Shown here one piece after another: positions 30,793 through 43,665 of a stretch of 64,000 nucleotides of DNA (the first letter of the stretch is position 1; every line of letters starts with the position of its first letter). Source of the DNA: Laetmonice hystrix (Eukaryota). The notes under the pieces are model-generated. The model saw nothing but the letters and a program-made list of their open reading frames with translations, made no database searches and had not been told where the DNA came from. A program made the position numbers and the translations under genes. Location of the stretch: assembly GCA_965235115.1 (NCBI GenBank), contig OZ249436.1:32676001-32740000 (forward strand), in the 5' to 3' direction.

Positions 30793-31074
30793 TTTGATCT
30801 TCGGAGTTTATCTTCCACTTCTTGAGTTTCCAATTTACAAAACCACGGTGCCTTTGCTTGGACTCATTTAACACGCATTGAGTCTTCTATTCTTCATATA
30901 TATATATATTCAGCTCCTTACCACCTCGGCACACCGTACAAGCACCTTTGACAGCAATCATTCAGTGACACTGTTATACACCGTCTTAGAATGTTTAGTT
31001 GTCATGAGTTGCTACGGACGACGTTCATAGCAACGCCTCGTTTTGGAAACCGTCGTTCGTTCATTTATCAGAAG
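30793..31074. promoter_or_regulatory. Putative bidirectional promoter (dynein / PGS1) with RFX X-box-like sites
   Basis: 282 bp lie between the divergent ATGs. Inverted half-sites GTTGCTA (31008-31014) and TAGCAAC (31028-31034) resemble RFX X-boxes typical of ciliary genes. AAGATGGCG (YY1-like) overlaps the PGS1 start. Confidence 0.65.
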
Positions 31075-34000
31075 ATGGCGCTCCCGCTTGAGGCGCAAGT
31101 GACAGTTTGTCGTAGAGTCAACGTGCTTGGAATGTTTTTCTGGTTTACTTGTTGGAAACGGTAAGCACTATATAAGCCAACGAGAATATTTAGTGTTGCC
31201 CGTAAATTACCGAGCAGTCATCCAAAGAGACAAACTGCAAACAGACATGTGAGCGCTTCAGTTCCCTATTATCGCTCAGCACATGCAGGCAATCATTCGG
31301 GATTCCCTCGGCCTCGGACATTTGACCGTAATGACGTCATTTACTTTCGAGTAGAAATGACCGAGGCCAGAGGGATTCCTGTCCATGCCCACTCAAACAA
31401 GCCAAAGTCTAACTGATACGAACGATTCGAGTACCGTGAGTACGCCTACGCTACGGTGGGGCGGGAGGGGGGCGTTGAATAGAAAAAAATGAGTGTTGTA
31501 CCATTGGCATTGCCGCATTGGCATTGCATTAGGCTAGCAATGGTAACATTAAAGCGATTAGGTAATATACTAGTCTAACCCAAAGAATTCTGCCTTCCTT
31601 AGCCTTAGCCTTAAGTTAGTTGTCACCGGTCACTGTGTAGTGTATGTATTAGACTCATGGACTATGGAATGTCGAAATTATTAAAGGAAATTGTACATTA
31701 TTTAGAGATGCAGCTTCTAGGGCCCATATATTGAGATTTTGTCTTATTCATACCAGTACCAGCAGGTATTTAACCATTTGTCAAAGGGCATATTATACAG
31801 GGGCATATACTCAGGGATGTGTGGGTGGGCGGGCCCGCCTGGCACCGATTTTAGCTGCCCAGCACAAAACTAAAACAGTTCAAGTGCCGCCCAAAAGGAA
31901 TTTTTATTAGGCCTATCATCTGATAAGTGTGTGAACATATTAACTTCTCATACGGTTTCTCTCATACCTTCTCTTGTTCATTCATACCAACCCACACCTC
32001 TTGCCAACTGAAACTCTTGTGCCTTTGCCTTGGGTGCTGGCCCCAAACTACCGCCCGGCACTCAATTTGTTCTGGGCACATCCCTGTATACTGTATACAT
32101 GCATTCTTGGTACGGTAGTGGTATTCGTGGGGATAAACTGCTTTGTCACGCATCAGTGATATCTCCTGTAACAATTAGGATAGAACATGATGAAAGGCAT
32201 CTGTATATGAGTCATAGCTACTGCGGTTGTGTTGAAAGCAGGGCATCTAAATGTAAACAGTATGTGTAACCTGGATTGTTGGTGTGTTTCAGTGGGAGAG
32301 GAAGGAGCAGTTGGCAGCCATTAGCTGGGATGAGTAGTGGGCAGTCTGACTCTGAGCCATGGAAACACTTCTCCTGGATGGCACAGTTTGTACCTGTGTT
32401 TGGTGTGAGAGGGGGCCAGGTGGAGGTCCTCACAAGCCCAACCCAGTTCTATCAGACCCTAAAGGTACTTTGTTTTATTATAAAATGTTAAACTTGGGAT
32501 ATGGATTTTTGGATCCACCTCAGACTGCCCTCCCACTAAGAAATGTCTAGCTAAAGCCCTGGAACACACTTGAAATTTACGACTTCGAGTTTAGTCGTGG
32601 CCCACCACCTGTGAATATCCTCCAGTGCCTATGTGTTTTAATGGTCTTTTGTAATAGGGAGCTCCATAACCTATTTATAGCTCAAGAGGGATTATCCCCA
32701 TTTTGTGGGCAGATTGGTCTTTGTGGTTGGGGGCATCCTCCAGGAAACCACCAGGTGGCATTATTTCCAAACACTAAGCCATTGTGCCACCTGGTGGTTT
32801 CCGTCGAAGACGGGTGCTTGGGATACTACCAATGCACTTAAACTAAAGTCCTCACAAATTATACATTTGATCTGGTGGACCATTCAGGTGAAACCACAAA
32901 AAGTACAGCTCAGGTGACCCCATTGTGATGTCGCTATTTGAACTAAATGCTGATTAAATTACCATCCACAAGGACAGGATAGGTACTTTGCTAGTATTAT
33001 ATAAATAAGGACTTGATTCGTGAGACGCTAGTGAGTTCCTATTGCTTTAAAAATTATCTTGAACCTGTTTTTATAATGATTGAAACTAGGTCCAAAAGCC
33101 AGTGTAACCTGGTTATTTTATGTTTATGTGGGGAGTGGTCCTTAGATTCTGATTCAGATTTTCAAAGGGGTCCATACCCCCAGTAACGTTGATTTAAATC
33201 TTGATGAAAGGATCAGGTACTCCCTTCAATAACCCTTCAATATTTATAGATTTCACTTAGCAGGCACTAAAAGATTTAAAGTGTTCATTTGCAATACTTC
33301 ACTGGTCTATATGCTGATCTATTTTTTAGGATGAAGCTTGCAAAGCTAAAAGAAGAATAGTTTTATCATCTTTGTACCTTGGAACTGGGAAGTTGGAAAA
33401 AGATCTGGTAAGACACAAAGAAACTATCAAAATGAACATATTATCGAAATAATCGAATCACAGATTTTGTTGCACAGATTAGCTTGAAGTTACCAATAGA
33501 ACCTAAAACAGGCTACCAACATGGAAAAATGTAAATGAGTCACTAAGTACTCTATAGTTAATTGCCACTTCGCATAATGTTAAAATACGAAATACTTTCA
33601 GGTGGAATGTCTGTATGCTGCTTCCAGGGATGTTCCAAACCTGGACATACAGATTCTCCTTGACTACACCAGGGGCTCGAGGGGAGGCGAGACATCATCA
33701 AGGACCATGTTATTACCTCTGCTCAGAGACTTTGCACCAAATGTTAGGGTAGCTCTCTACCACACACCAGATCTGAGAGGGATCTGGAAACATTGGCTTC
33801 CCGAACGTTACAACGAAACTGTCGGCTTGCAGCACATGAAAGTCTATCTGTTCGATGATAACCTCATCATAAGTGGGTATGTATGAGGGAGGGGGCACAT
33901 GGTTTTTAATATATTAATTGTAAGGAAATCTTACTCAAAACACTTGCTTTTTCCAAAAAAAAGATAACATTTGATGTCAGTGTGGGCCAGTGGTTTTCTT

Positions 34001-37000
34001 TGTGATGTTTTACAGGTAGCCTTTAAAATTGATGTTCAGTAAATGTTTTGAATTTCTGATTCTTTCAATTCTACATACCCGGTATTCACCTTGCCCCTAA
34101 CAGACCTTAGCTCTGAGTACTTGTACTCTACCTGCACTCTGTTACTAAATTTGAACTGGGGGTTGTAGCACCAAAGGCAAGGTGTGCAGTCAAAGTGCTA
34201 ACAGTGAGTCATAAAGTTTATACAAGAATGTTTTAAAACCTTTTGATTGTCTTAGCCTAAACTGACAAAAAAACAAACAAAACCTTTGATGCATTTCAGG
34301 ATTGTGAAAAACAGTTCACTCTCCAATGACAAGGCATGCTGCCAAATCTATTTATATACAACATGTTAGACATGAGCAGTCATCTGTGTGGTTTGTTAAT
34401 TCTTTGAACTAAGCGTTGTGGCAACTGAGCCAAGGTCATTAGTCAACTCTCAAGGCCCTAAAAAGTTGATCTGGGAATGTTCAAACACCTTGACTGTACA
34501 TCCTTCTCCCCAGTGCTCATGGTTACTGAGACCCACTGGTTGGACCTGGCAGAGTTACCAGTGACTACTTCTGGATGAGTGGGTTTGGAATCTCGCCTAG
34601 GTGAAGTATCAAGAGAAGCCGTAGTGAGGATTACATGGGTTCAAGCAGCTTTTGCTAACTTCTGAAAGCAGGCTTGTCTTAACACACTCCACTTAAGAGG
34701 ATTAGTGCACAAATGGCAGGGGGAACAGTCTGGATCATTACTAGAGATTGTGATTCATGACTCACAAAACCTTTCAGCTATGTAATCCCAAGAAATCCCT
34801 TCGAAGGCATTATTGTATGAAATTTGGTATGTATTTGCACTGTGACTTGATTAAGCTTTCTTTTAAATACATTGTAGAAATGCAGGGATATACATTGTAT
34901 TTATTTTTTTCAAAAAAGGACAGATAGACACTCGGGGATCCACCCTGGCGCTGGTTTTATTGATCTAAACTCACAGAAATGTCATCTTCGATAACTGCAA
35001 ATGTTCATTTTGGTAGTCGGCAAAAGGAACTGCCCAGTGGTGCAGCTGTCAGAGTTTGTAAAAGTCTTCAGGCAGCCACTCTCCTGCTATATAAAGGCTG
35101 CCAAGATAAGGCTATTGCCAATACTGCTGCCGAGAGATCAATATAAAAAATTAGGATAGGATAAGTTTCAAGGTAGCACATTTACTTTTTTCTTTTTATA
35201 AAGTACCATTCTTTCTGGTATACGTGACTGTATATCACTAAAAGCTCTACTCTTTGGTATCAAATATCACTTGACTACTATGCCCATAAGTTTTAACAGA
35301 GAAAGTCTGTACATAGGACCTGTATACATTTGGTTATTTTGTACCTCCAGGGCCAACCTCAGTGATTCTTACTTCACAAACCGGCAGGACCGTTACATTC
35401 TCCTGCGGAACTGTCGACCCATTGCAGATTTCTTCTCCAACCTGGTCCACACAGTGTCTGCCTTCTCCTTCCAGCTGAAGTCGGACAACACAGAAACTCT
35501 TGATGAAGGTCAAGATGTACACCCTTATGAAGGTAGGCATGATCAAAATTTACCTGTATACAAAGTTCAGCCCCACGGGTGCCTTTCTTCCCTACCATGT
35601 CCATTTAAAAATGACTGGATACAACCATACCTCCTCTTGGGACTTGGTAAGTTTTTAATCCTAGACAATCAACAACAAGGCCAGGTGGTAAGAGGGATGT
35701 AAAACAACAGGTTAATCTATGGATAGACCAAAAGTATTTGAGATGTACATGTAGTCATGACTGTTTATGGTCCTCGCCTTTCAGACAGCGATGGTGGTAC
35801 TCGGTTCAGAGAGGCTGCCAGGAACAAGGTTAAAGCTGCCCTTGATCCGCTAAGATGGACCGAAGTAAACAAGGAGAACGGCAGGCAGCCGTTAGCAGAT
35901 TGTGATGAGGACGGTAACCTTAGAGACTGTACTGATGGTAGTAAGGGGTCGGAGGATGAGGCTGTAGACACCTGGGTGTGCCCCATGGTCCAGATGATGC
36001 CATTAAACATTGACGTTGACCATCAGTTAACCGAGATGTTTCTCTGTAAGGCACCGACGGGATCCCGAATTCACCTGGCCTCAGGGTACTTTAATTTGAC
36101 AGAGAACTACCAAGATGTCATTGTGAACCGATCATCAGCTGTCTACGACATCCTCACTGCTGCGCCCGAGGCAAGGCTCTACTGGTTTATCGTACCAGCA
36201 TTTTCTTTTTTCAATTGCCTTTTTTCAAACCACTGTCTGAGCTTTTGTAACTTAGTGTTATCGTACCATTTGTCATGATGGGTTGGAGGAGCAGAAAAGG
36301 GAATGAAAGTTTAAGGCCGTCAGTTTTTTTTGTGGTAAATTAAGATACACAAATCACTTGCACATTGTAATTTGTTCACCTAAAGCACAAAATTAGCTGT
36401 TAATTGCTGTGTATATATCTAGACGTGTTGTTCAGGTATACTATCTCGGTACATGGCTTTGCACAAGCTGCAACTCTGTGTGCAAATAAAGCTTTCCTTG
36501 TACTGTCAGGATATATGAGTTCGTGGTAACTACAGTACATGACATCATATTTAACTTTTGCAGGCGAACGGTTTTTATAATGCAAGGGGAATTGCTGGCT
36601 CTATACCAGATGCCTACACCTACATAGCCAAGCAGTTCTTCAACACTGTCTGCACCAAGTGCCAACAAGAACGAATCACACTTAGAGAGTATACCCGCAC
36701 TGACTGGACCTTCCACGGCAAGGGGCTGTGGTGCTACTTGCCCGGAGAATCCAAGCCCTGCCTGACACTAGTTGGCTCCCCAAACTTTGGTAAATAATGT
36801 TATTTATACATGGATGGTATTTTTGTCAATGTAGGCTGCCTTTATATTAAAAAAGATTAAAGGCACATAGAATTTAATCAAAATGTGTGCAGGCTTATAG
36901 GGTTAAATATTTAGGAAATCGTACATATAAATATAGATGATAGTAAGAATGAGAATGTTACATTTAACATACCTAATAATAAAGCCATATATAATTTGTC

Positions 37001-37554
37001 AATAAGATTATGGGGTTTTTAAGCAACTTTGTTTTACTTGTTTAAAATAACAGGTGCCAAGAGATTTGAATGAAGCTTGAAGTAAGTCTGATTTAATACA
37101 GGTTCACGCTCCGTAAACCGAGACCTTGAAGCCCAGATTGCCATCATCACTAAAAACAAGCCGTTGCAAGAACAACTCCAAAAGGTAGCTCTTTGTTTTA
37201 ATTAAAAATCATCTCTCAGATAACACCATTTAATGGAAAAAAAAATTCATAAGATATCTTTGATGTCGTGAAGTTCATCGTGAGACCATTTGTAAAATGT
37301 GTTTGAGACATCAAAGTGGATTGAGGACGAGTTCCTTAACATTGTCCTTAACATTGTCAATCAAGCCAAGCCGGCAAGTGCAAGTAATATCCCGGTACAC
37401 AAATGGCGTTATGACTTTTTTTTATCTGATTCAGGAGCAGTTCCAGCTGTACTCACGAGCCACAGAGGTGACTGTGGAAACCTTCGACAAACCAGAGCGC
37501 CACGTCCCACTCTGGGTCACATTCGTCACTAAGCTAATTAAACCATTCCTCTGA
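31075..37554 (+). CDS. PGS1: CDP-diacylglycerol--glycerol-3-phosphate 3-phosphatidyltransferase, mitochondrial (phosphatidylglycerophosphate synthase), about 535 aa, 9 exons
   Basis: Exons 31075-31160, 32293-32464, 33330-33407, 33602-33876, 35351-35532, 35785-36170, 36564-36789, 37102-37184, 37435-37554 join in frame (1608 nt). Motifs match PGS1: SLYLGTG, LLDYTRGSRG, NETVGLQHMKVYLFD, SGANLSDSYFTNRQDRY, LASGYFN, WTFHGKGLW, GSPNFG.RSV.RDLEAQ. Exon 1 is inferred from the ATG context, a GTAAG donor and phase, so it is less certain. Confidence 0.95.
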
Positions 37555-38452
37555 CACCGGCGTTGCCACTGTATATAGAGGTGTATATAGGATGTATTTA
37601 ATACAAGGAGATTATGTTAATACTAACAGCGTATTCCATGTATGTTTAGTGATAGCCTTGCTAGTCATGGTCTCCAAGTTATCGCTTCAGTCTCACCCCA
37701 CCATGGTGGAAAGGTTAGTGCTCCAGTGATTTTGATAGAGTTTATACATCCATGAATAGCTTGCCATAAAGGGATTAAAACAACATGGGCGAGAGAGTGA
37801 ATCATTTTATCAAGGAAAATAGAAGATTTTAACAAAATTGCTGATATATAAATTCAAAAGCTGTTAGCATCAAAGTTGCAAGAACTAATTTTAAATTAAA
37901 GTATAAGAATGATTTTAAACATTACAGAGTATTGCTTTCAAGAACGAAAGTGGAATGTTTAATATGTGAATTTTATTGTGGCACAAATGACATGTACATT
38001 ACCAGTCTGATACATCTCCTCTGGGGGTGACCATATTAATGTCTAATTGGCTATAAGCCAAGTTTGACCTCATAACTTTCAGTATAATATAAAAATTTTT
38101 ACAAGTATAAAGTGTAAACATTCCCTACAATAGGTTTTGATTTGTTCTCATTTCCCTCACTCCCCCCCCCCCGTTCCGGAGTTATTTTTTTTGTGTGTTC
38201 ACCTTTATACCTTATAACATCCTGAATAACAAATAGTAGTCGACAATAGTCGATTGAATGAAACTGATCCCTGATAAGAACTGCAGCAGAAAAATAGAAG
38301 TCCAAAAGTGACTTTCATTACCATTTACAACCATTTTTCACAACTGTACATGTGCACACAAGTTTCCCCACAGCTTTTCTCCGTGTTCCGTCCTTGCAAC
38401 AATAAGTCAAACTACCGGTACAGCCTGGGACAAAGTCGCAATATAGATGGCG

Positions 38453-41400
38453 CTACACGTCAAGCTTGATCTCTGCAGCTCCTGCTGACGGTTTGCTGGT
38501 GTAGAACGTTGCCGTTCCACCATACTTTGACTGAAACATAAATTCAAAGGATAACGTTATTGTTTGAGGTTAGATCAGTGGGGCTCCACGATTACTTAAG
38601 GGGTTTTTCAAAGCTACAACCAGATATTACTTGCACATAGAATTGAATCCTAATTTATTATTTTTAAATCACAGCTGCATTGAGTTGATGTAAATTTTAC
38701 AGTTTAAAAGCACCCTTCAAGACTTCTGGAGGCTTTTGTTTGAATAACATATTAACACAGTTAATATCGTTTCCAAGTGAAAGACATCCAGACTGCTGGC
38801 CAACACACATCAATTCCTTTACCACCTCCTTAGAACATACGTCCTACCTTCATTTTTTCCTTTGCATTTTCGACTGCATCAGAACGTACCAAGGTAACGG
38901 TACACCCACCAAAACCTCCTCCAGTCATGCGAGATCCAAAAACACCATCCACTTCAAGTGCAGCTGCCACCAACGTGTCAAGTTCTGGGCAGGACACCTC
39001 AAAGTCGTCTCTAAGTGAGTTATGACTTGCAACCATCAGCTTTCCGAAGGTGGCATAGTCTTCAGACTGAAGGGCAGCGGCAGCATCTTCACATCTTTTA
39101 TTCTCTGTTATGACGTGACGAGCACGGCAATATGCTAAGTCCTCTAGGACACTTTTCTTAGCTGTAAACATAGGGAAGCTAATTTCAGTAATAAATTCAA
39201 AAAGACAATCTTTCTTATCACCACCAAAATTTGGATCAATTATAATGAATCCATGATACTCTCAAACTTTTTATCAAAATGTACTATACTGGAGTATATC
39301 TTTCTATGGTGACGGGTGAGAAGAGAATTGTCACGATTTCTACATATTCTATTACAGGAACACATCGCCAAAATCCAAACTGCATTAGATTTCTTTTTTT
39401 TAATTATGACTTACTCTCCCAGAATACTGATCACCTTGCTATTTCAATACCTGTATCATTAGAAGCAACTCGGTGTATATCTAAACTCAAGTAGAGGTTA
39501 AGTCTGTATGAAGAATGTCTTCTTGCAAGATCATCAAGAGTGACAACTTTTATATTGGCATTACAAAGACGCCCTCACCATCAAGTTCTTCCATTGTTGC
39601 TTCACGAAGTGACTTTTTGCCAAGTTTGGCAGCTGTCTCATGGCAGTGTGTTCGTCGCTGAGGATACTCGCTTCCAGTCAGTTCATGGCGCACATTGGAG
39701 TTTGTGATGAGAATGACAACAGAAGGGTCCTGGAGAGGCACTGGTTTGCCTTCCATTGACCTGAAGGACATGAGTGGGATTCCGTGAAAGAATTGACTCA
39801 GTTGGTGAACTTATTCCACGGACTAGGTATACTAGGGAAACTTCCACAGGTAACTCTTACGTAAAATAATCATTAGATTTAGGGCAGGGGAACTTAAATA
39901 TGTTTGATCCTACCTGCAGTCTAATAGCAGGGCATGTCCCGTTTGACCCATGACAGATATAAACTGGTCCATGATTCCACACGGCATACCAGCATGAGTA
40001 TGCTCAGCTTTCTGACAAGCTAGGGCTTTCTCCTTCTGGTTGATCTGTCCAAAATCCCCATTCAGTGCCTCTATGAAAGAGTATGTAGCCACTTCCAGAG
40101 CTGCAGAACTTGAGAGACCCCCACCAAGGGGCACTGCAGAACTGATAACTGCATCAAATGATGGTACTTCTCCTGAAAACAAAACATGATTATCGTATCA
40201 GTACAGTGTTTCATAAGGTAAGGTATTAAATAAATGACAATTTTAACTTTGAAGGGGATTTTCCTTTTCAGTCAATCTTTTCAGCCTATTTTAGAACAGT
40301 GACCACCAGATGTCCCTTTCATCAGGCTCACATGCCCCTTTGGCATTGCCATGTGTTGGGGCATATAAATACTGAAAAATTATGATAGTCACCAGTCATC
40401 TTAATTCAAGCACATGTACCACTATGACTGTAGACTCATACTGCAGAAATACTGTATGGATATCAAATAGTGGAATTGATGCACATTTTCCTTTTCAGTC
40501 CTTATAGGGCCCCCTGGTGCCGAGTAGGGAAATTAAAGTCTCAGTCCATGAATGCTGCACTCTGAATTTTGAGATGAAACTGGTGTGGGTAAAAAAAAAA
40601 TATTAGGAAAACCCCCCAGTACATATTATCAACCAATGGTCAACCATTCATTTCAATTGAGGATTTATTAAAACTATTAAATGTATGGCAATTTATGTAA
40701 TTATTAGAGAATACTTTAAACAGAATAAATACACAGTAGAATCTTTACAAAGCAGATATCTAACAGACCCATGCAGTGACAAGCCATGGGTGACTGTTTT
40801 TACCTTTAAAGTGCACAAGGACACCTTTCACATAATTTGCCCAAGCAGGTTTGCCTGGCTCCAATGGTTTGGCCTCTGAGTGGAGGGGGAACTCCACATA
40901 TGTTGGACTATCTGCTCCCTCTGCCATAGTCATCAGACGACATATGCCTAATTCATTCTTGTTTCCAACAATAACAGTGGTCATGGACAGGGCCTGAAAA
41001 GATGTCAAACAACAAAGATTACCTCGGTGGTACGCTCCTGGTTTCCCCCCCCCTCCCCCCGGGCATATTTTTCTTAATGGGATATTTGTATCCCCCCTCT
41101 TCAGTCCTGATTCTGTTGTAACCATGGGACATTGCTAACCCTTTTAAAGCAGCAACTCCATCAATGCCATCTTAGTAAAATTGTCCCCTGAGTTTCTCCT
41201 ACCATCGCTACTATCCTCTATGTGGATACAATAGGGTGCAGGGCCGTAGCCTGGCCCAAATACGTGGGGGGGGGGGGGGGTAGTAGGCCTGCCACGTGTA
41301 GGGCATCATTGCGCTGGTCAAGCTGGCCCGGGGTGTGGGTTTAAAAAAACAAATAAAAATGGGAATCCCAGGGGGGCCAGCTGCCCCCTGCCCCCCCCCC

Positions 41401-42629
41401 CCCCCAGGCTATGACCCTGGGGTGTATGTAAATTGTTGACTTGACATTGAAATACCCGGTACACTACTCCACCAGATTATTGGCCCTCAGCTACTCAGCT
41501 ACAAGTACATAAATGAAGCTTAATTAAAGCACTTCTATCCATAAGTTTGAGTAAGCTGATCTTCAATCTTCAACTAATAAAATGGAAAAAGCTAATAAGA
41601 TACAGATTCGTACATATATAAATTTTACCTGTAGCCCATACTACTGGTAACTCATGTCTCCACTGATGATTTGTTGGAGGAGATACTTGGCCATTGTTAA
41701 CTTAAAAAAAAAATGTTGCCATGAAAAAACATTCTGTTGGCAGAGAGCTCTTCAACCTTCCAGAGATGCTTTTGAAAAAAGAAATCTGAGGATAGACGAT
41801 AGCCTCACCAGTGGGCCACTACACTTCCCCAGGCTTTACAAAGTTCTGATACCTGGCACTTCACTCACCTATTTACCACACTTCCTCCCTTATCTAACAA
41901 CAGATCCAAGGTATAAAATGAAAAAAATCATGGCTGGTACTTACTGCAGGGAGTTGATATAGACTTCACTGGTACAGTGATATGACATTTAAGTATAAAA
42001 CAAGTAGTTTTAAGTATTTCCTCAAGACTTTTATACATCTTAAAATTCCCTGGTTGTCCTCTACTTGGTATTCTGCAATTGCCAGAAGATTAAGGCACCT
42101 CAATGTGTTTAATAAGTCTGAGGGGATGTCATAAAATCATAGGTTGAAGTTCTGATAAAGTTTGCTTCACATGTTTTATCATAATATCTTGCCAGGTTAC
42201 CTAACAGTGTCAATCGGTTACTATGTATACAGTCACTTCAACTTTGGCTAGGTAAAGTAATATTTACTACTAAAATTTTGTTCCAATTAAATTCAGCCAG
42301 TTGTCTGTCTTACTAAGGTCTGGTTATTAAGGGGCGGACCATTTGATACCTGGGGGGCATGGTTTTTCTTCATGTAAAATCATGAGCAAACTTTTTTTTT
42401 GGCCCCAAGCCGAAAAAATCATAGCCCCCCCCCCCCCCAATATCAAATGGTCTACCCCTAACACATTTTGCCCCAGAACTAAAAAATAGATTTGCCAAAA
42501 AAGCAATACTATTAGCTTACAAATAACAGGAGATGGTTGTATTTTATAGGTCTAAGGGGCCTATGTGTAAAATTAATTAAAATAGATTTCCCCAAAAATA
42601 CCCAGGTTGATAGTGATTTGCCAACAGAG

Positions 42630-42660
<31 letters not shown>

Positions 42661-43253
42661 GCCTACACATTTATTTCAGCCAATATAAAATTTGCCAAAA
42701 ATGCAATAGTAGTACTAATAAAAAAAAACACTAACACTGTACAGGCTATAGCTTACAGTTACAGTACACACAAAAAGTTAGATGAATTTTTAAAAAGGCT
42801 TAGGCCCTAAATAGATTTTTTTAAATTTATAATTTAAATAGCCGGGTTTCCGGTTTTAATACAGATTTGCCAACACAGAATAGAGGATCTACCGACACTG
42901 GCTACAGACCCCCCCCCCCCCCCCCCAAAAAAAAGTGTCTGTAGACACATTTATTTCAGCCAAGCTAGGCCTACATCCCTCGCCCCTGGTGATCGGGCCG
43001 ACTGGACGGCCACGTGGGCAGGGGGGCAGGGGGTGTGTCCCGGACGTTGCCCATCCCACCCACCGATGCCGCCACGCTACACACCATCAATGCTCACCAT
43101 CGGGAAGACGAACCCCTCATTATAGTCGGTGTGTTCTCCTATCAAATTTACACGACCAGGCGCAGATGCGGCGAATTTTGGTGTAGCGTTAAACTTCTTT
43201 TTGAAAGCGTCCACACAAAACTGCAGAAGACTATCGCCGGTTTTGAGAGCCAT
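38453..43253 (-). CDS. GALK1: Galactokinase (GHMP kinase family), 392 aa, 6 exons
   Basis: Exons 43253-43098, 40993-40804, 40172-39914, 39760-39579, 39161-38848, 38530-38453 join in frame (1179 nt, TAG stop). Motifs: [64 protein letters not shown]. Confidence 0.96.
41239..41419. mobile_element. MITE with CAGGG...CCCTG termini and 5-bp target duplication (hAT5-like)
   Basis: GGGTG|CAGGGCCGTAGCCTGG ... CCAGGCTATGACCCTG|GGGTG, with internal poly-G and poly-C runs. Confidence 0.8.
42331..42458. mobile_element. Short Harbinger-type MITE with TAA target duplication, in GALK1 intron 1
   Basis: TAA|GGGGCGGACCATTTGATA ... TATCAAATGGTCTACCCC|TAA. Confidence 0.8.
42485..42963. repeat. Degenerate local duplication with poly-C/poly-A blocks in GALK1 intron 1
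   Basis: GATTTGCCAACA.AGAAT ... (C)n(A)nGTG.CT...ACACATTTATTTCAGCCAA occurs at about 42615-42683 and again at about 42864-42963. Confidence 0.6.
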
Positions 43254-43665
43254 CGTTGATGATGATGTGCAATGTATAAAATCATAAAATTCCAGACGAT
43301 TGTGGCGCCATCTGTCGATAGAGGCGGCTTAAAACTACATCAGCGATTGATATCGTAAAAACGAGAATCTATCTGCTTAAGACCTAATTATGGCCTAATA
43401 TAAATAACATGAGGACTATAAAGTGGAATACCCTCTGCCGATCCTACTAAACTTACAATATTAACCAGAATATTAACGTGTTTCTTTTTACGACTTACCG
43501 ATTTCCGGCACTTCCGATTCAAGACCAAAACAAAATGTTGACTTGTGGGTTGTGAGCGACTAAACTCTAAACTTAGTGACCGTCAAAAATGAAACGTAAC
43601 GAGGACCTTATCACGTTAACTATTTGTATAATTAACAGGTAGCTCGTGATATATACTTTGGAAGG
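43254..43665. promoter_or_regulatory. Putative bidirectional promoter (GALK1 / RUN-domain gene) with tandem ETS-like sites
   Basis: 412 bp lie between the divergent ATGs. TTTCCGGCACTTCCG at about 43502-43516 gives two CGGAA cores on the minus strand. Confidence 0.55.

Noticed and set aside
30917..30960. Non-coding 5' exon of the dynein gene (minus-strand GTAAG donor at about 30921)
   Set aside because: No convincing acceptor between it and the ATG; cannot be supported without transcripts.
32179..32259. 81-nt in-frame candidate cassette exon in PGS1 intron 1
   Set aside because: It would leave a 33-nt intron before exon 2, has a weak pyrimidine tract and shows no similarity to PGS1. Exon 1 already joins exon 2 in frame.
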